Assembly: GCF_006345805.1 (NCBI RefSeq)
Contig: NC_043024.1
Location: forward strand, 2,542,001-2,606,000
DNA: 64,000 bases
Reading direction: 5' to 3'
Source: Octopus sinensis
Taxonomy: Eukaryota
Under the pieces are notes generated by a model. The model did not search any database. It saw nothing but the letters and a program-made list of their open reading frames with translations, and was not told the DNA's origin. Position numbers and translations under genes: made by a program. Shown here piece by piece: positions 62,000 through 64,000 of the stretch (its first letter is position 1; each line of letters starts with the position of its first letter).

Positions 62000-63635
62000 G
62001 ATCGTGGCCGCTGGCAGACTCCCCTGGCACCTGTGCTGGTGGCATGTAAAAAACACCCACTACACTCGCGGAGTGGTTGGCGTTAGGAAGGGCATCCAGC
62101 TGTAGAAACACTGCCAGATCAGACTGGGCCTGGTGCAGCCTCCTGGCTTCCCAGACCCTGGTCGAACCGTCCAACCCATGCTAGCACGGAAAACGGATAT
62201 TAAATGATGATCATGATGATGATATATATGTACAAATTAAAATCCAGGAAACAGAGAAGTAGCATTAATATAGTTTATTCACTGCAAAAATTCAACATGT
62301 ACACTTACAGCTGTTTCGATTTTGCTCAAAAGAAATTCCAATAATTAAAACCTTTAATTGGGCAAAATCTCATCAAAAATTGAATTAAAGAAAAGACTAT
62401 TGTCTATAAAGTATACAACGTAGAGAAGAAAAGAGCTAACAATTCCAGTCTGTTATATATTTTGAGCATTGTTATCACTAGCGATATCAAGATATAACTT
62501 TGTATTTTATGTGTAGATGTATATATATAGATGTACATGTAATATGTACACATATATACATGCACTAGCACTATGACCCGGCAACGACGGGTCTTTCATG
62601 CTAGTTGGTAAATAAATGGTAGATAGTGAGTTATATTTCTCACTATAATTATTTTATAATGTATCGATTTAATTATTTTGTAATTTATCTATATCAGTTC
62701 AATCAATTTCTTTAACAAAGTTATAAACGTGATCACGTTGTTCTCTCATTCATATGATACTATTTTTACTATAACTCACAAATCTAACATTTATTTAATG
62801 CGGTTTCGATTCCCAGACCGGGCGTTGTGTGTGTTTATTGAGCGAATTTGGTAGACGGAAACTGAAAGATGCCTGTCGTATATGTGTATATATATATATA
62901 TGTATGTGTGGGTTTGTGTGTCTGTGTTTGTCCCCCTAGCTTTGCTTGTCAATCGATGCTGGTGTGTTTATGTCCCCGTCACTTAGTGGTTCAGCAAAAG
63001 AGACCGATAGAATAAGTACTGGGCTTACAAAGAATAAGTCCTGGGGTTGATTTGCTTGACTAAAGGCGGTGCTCCAGCATGGCCGCAGTCAAATGACTGA
63101 AACAAGTAAAATAGAGAGAGAGAGAGTAATAGAATTATCACAGTGTTATGGTTTCTTTCCTGCGTGGATATGTTTGTGAGTAGTTAAGTTACCTTTTTGA
63201 GAGAAAGACTTTTCACATACATCACAGTGAAAAGGCTTCTCTCCCATGTGAATGTGTTTGTGAGAAATTAAGGTATGGTTCTGAGAGAAGGATTTACCAC
63301 AGATATCACACACGTATGGCTTCTCTCCTGTGTGAACACGTTTGTGTTTGATTAAGACATCGCTCTTTGAAAAAGACTTTCCACAGATATCGCAGTGATA
63401 TGGCCTCCCTCCTGTATGAATAAGTTTGTGTTTAGCTAAGTGATGATTTAAAGAGAATGATTTACCACAGATATCACAGTTATACGGCTTCTCTTTACTA
63501 TGAATGTGTTTATGAGGATTTAAGTCACCAGCGAGTGACTTTCCACAGGTATCACAGTAGTATAGTTCCTCTCCAGTATGGAAGGGTTTGTGTTTAGTTA
63601 AATGTTAATTTTATGAGAATGATTTACCACAACTA

Positions 63636-64000
<365 letters not shown>

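Noticed and set aside
62301-62380. Hammerhead copy in unit 6/7 spacer
   Set aside because: A deletion removes the first core C and the 5' strand of stem I, so it is not called functional

Overview
AT-rich animal genomic DNA, most likely octopus or another coleoid cephalopod. This is inferred from the [16 protein letters not shown] finger type, the SINE families and the dense (TA)n/(GATA)n tracts. The whole window is a head-to-tail array of about 7 copies of a 7-13.6 kb unit. Each unit carries one minus-strand poly-C2H2 zinc-finger gene: a predicted non-coding exon 1 behind an ETS/CRE/E-box promoter, one intron, and a last exon holding an acidic N-terminus plus 14-26 fingers built from an 84-bp minisatellite. 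The units share a set of TE relics: tRNA-derived SINEs, a Tc1 transposase fragment, a non-autonomous Helitron, MITEs, an RTE 3' end, and a Penelope-type fragment with a hammerhead-ribozyme core. Copy-specific events are a 1.95 kb long-TIR element with an 8-bp TSD, an RTE LINE, a CR1-like LINE inside a finger, an internal inversion of gene 6, loss of the gene 5 promoter, and single in-frame stops followed by intact fingers. The most notable signals are sense-strand hammerhead motifs downstream of the genes, an editable UAG in genes 2 and 3, a hairpin-forming rearranged copy that kept its promoter, and 3' pseudo-fingers that are in frame in some copies.
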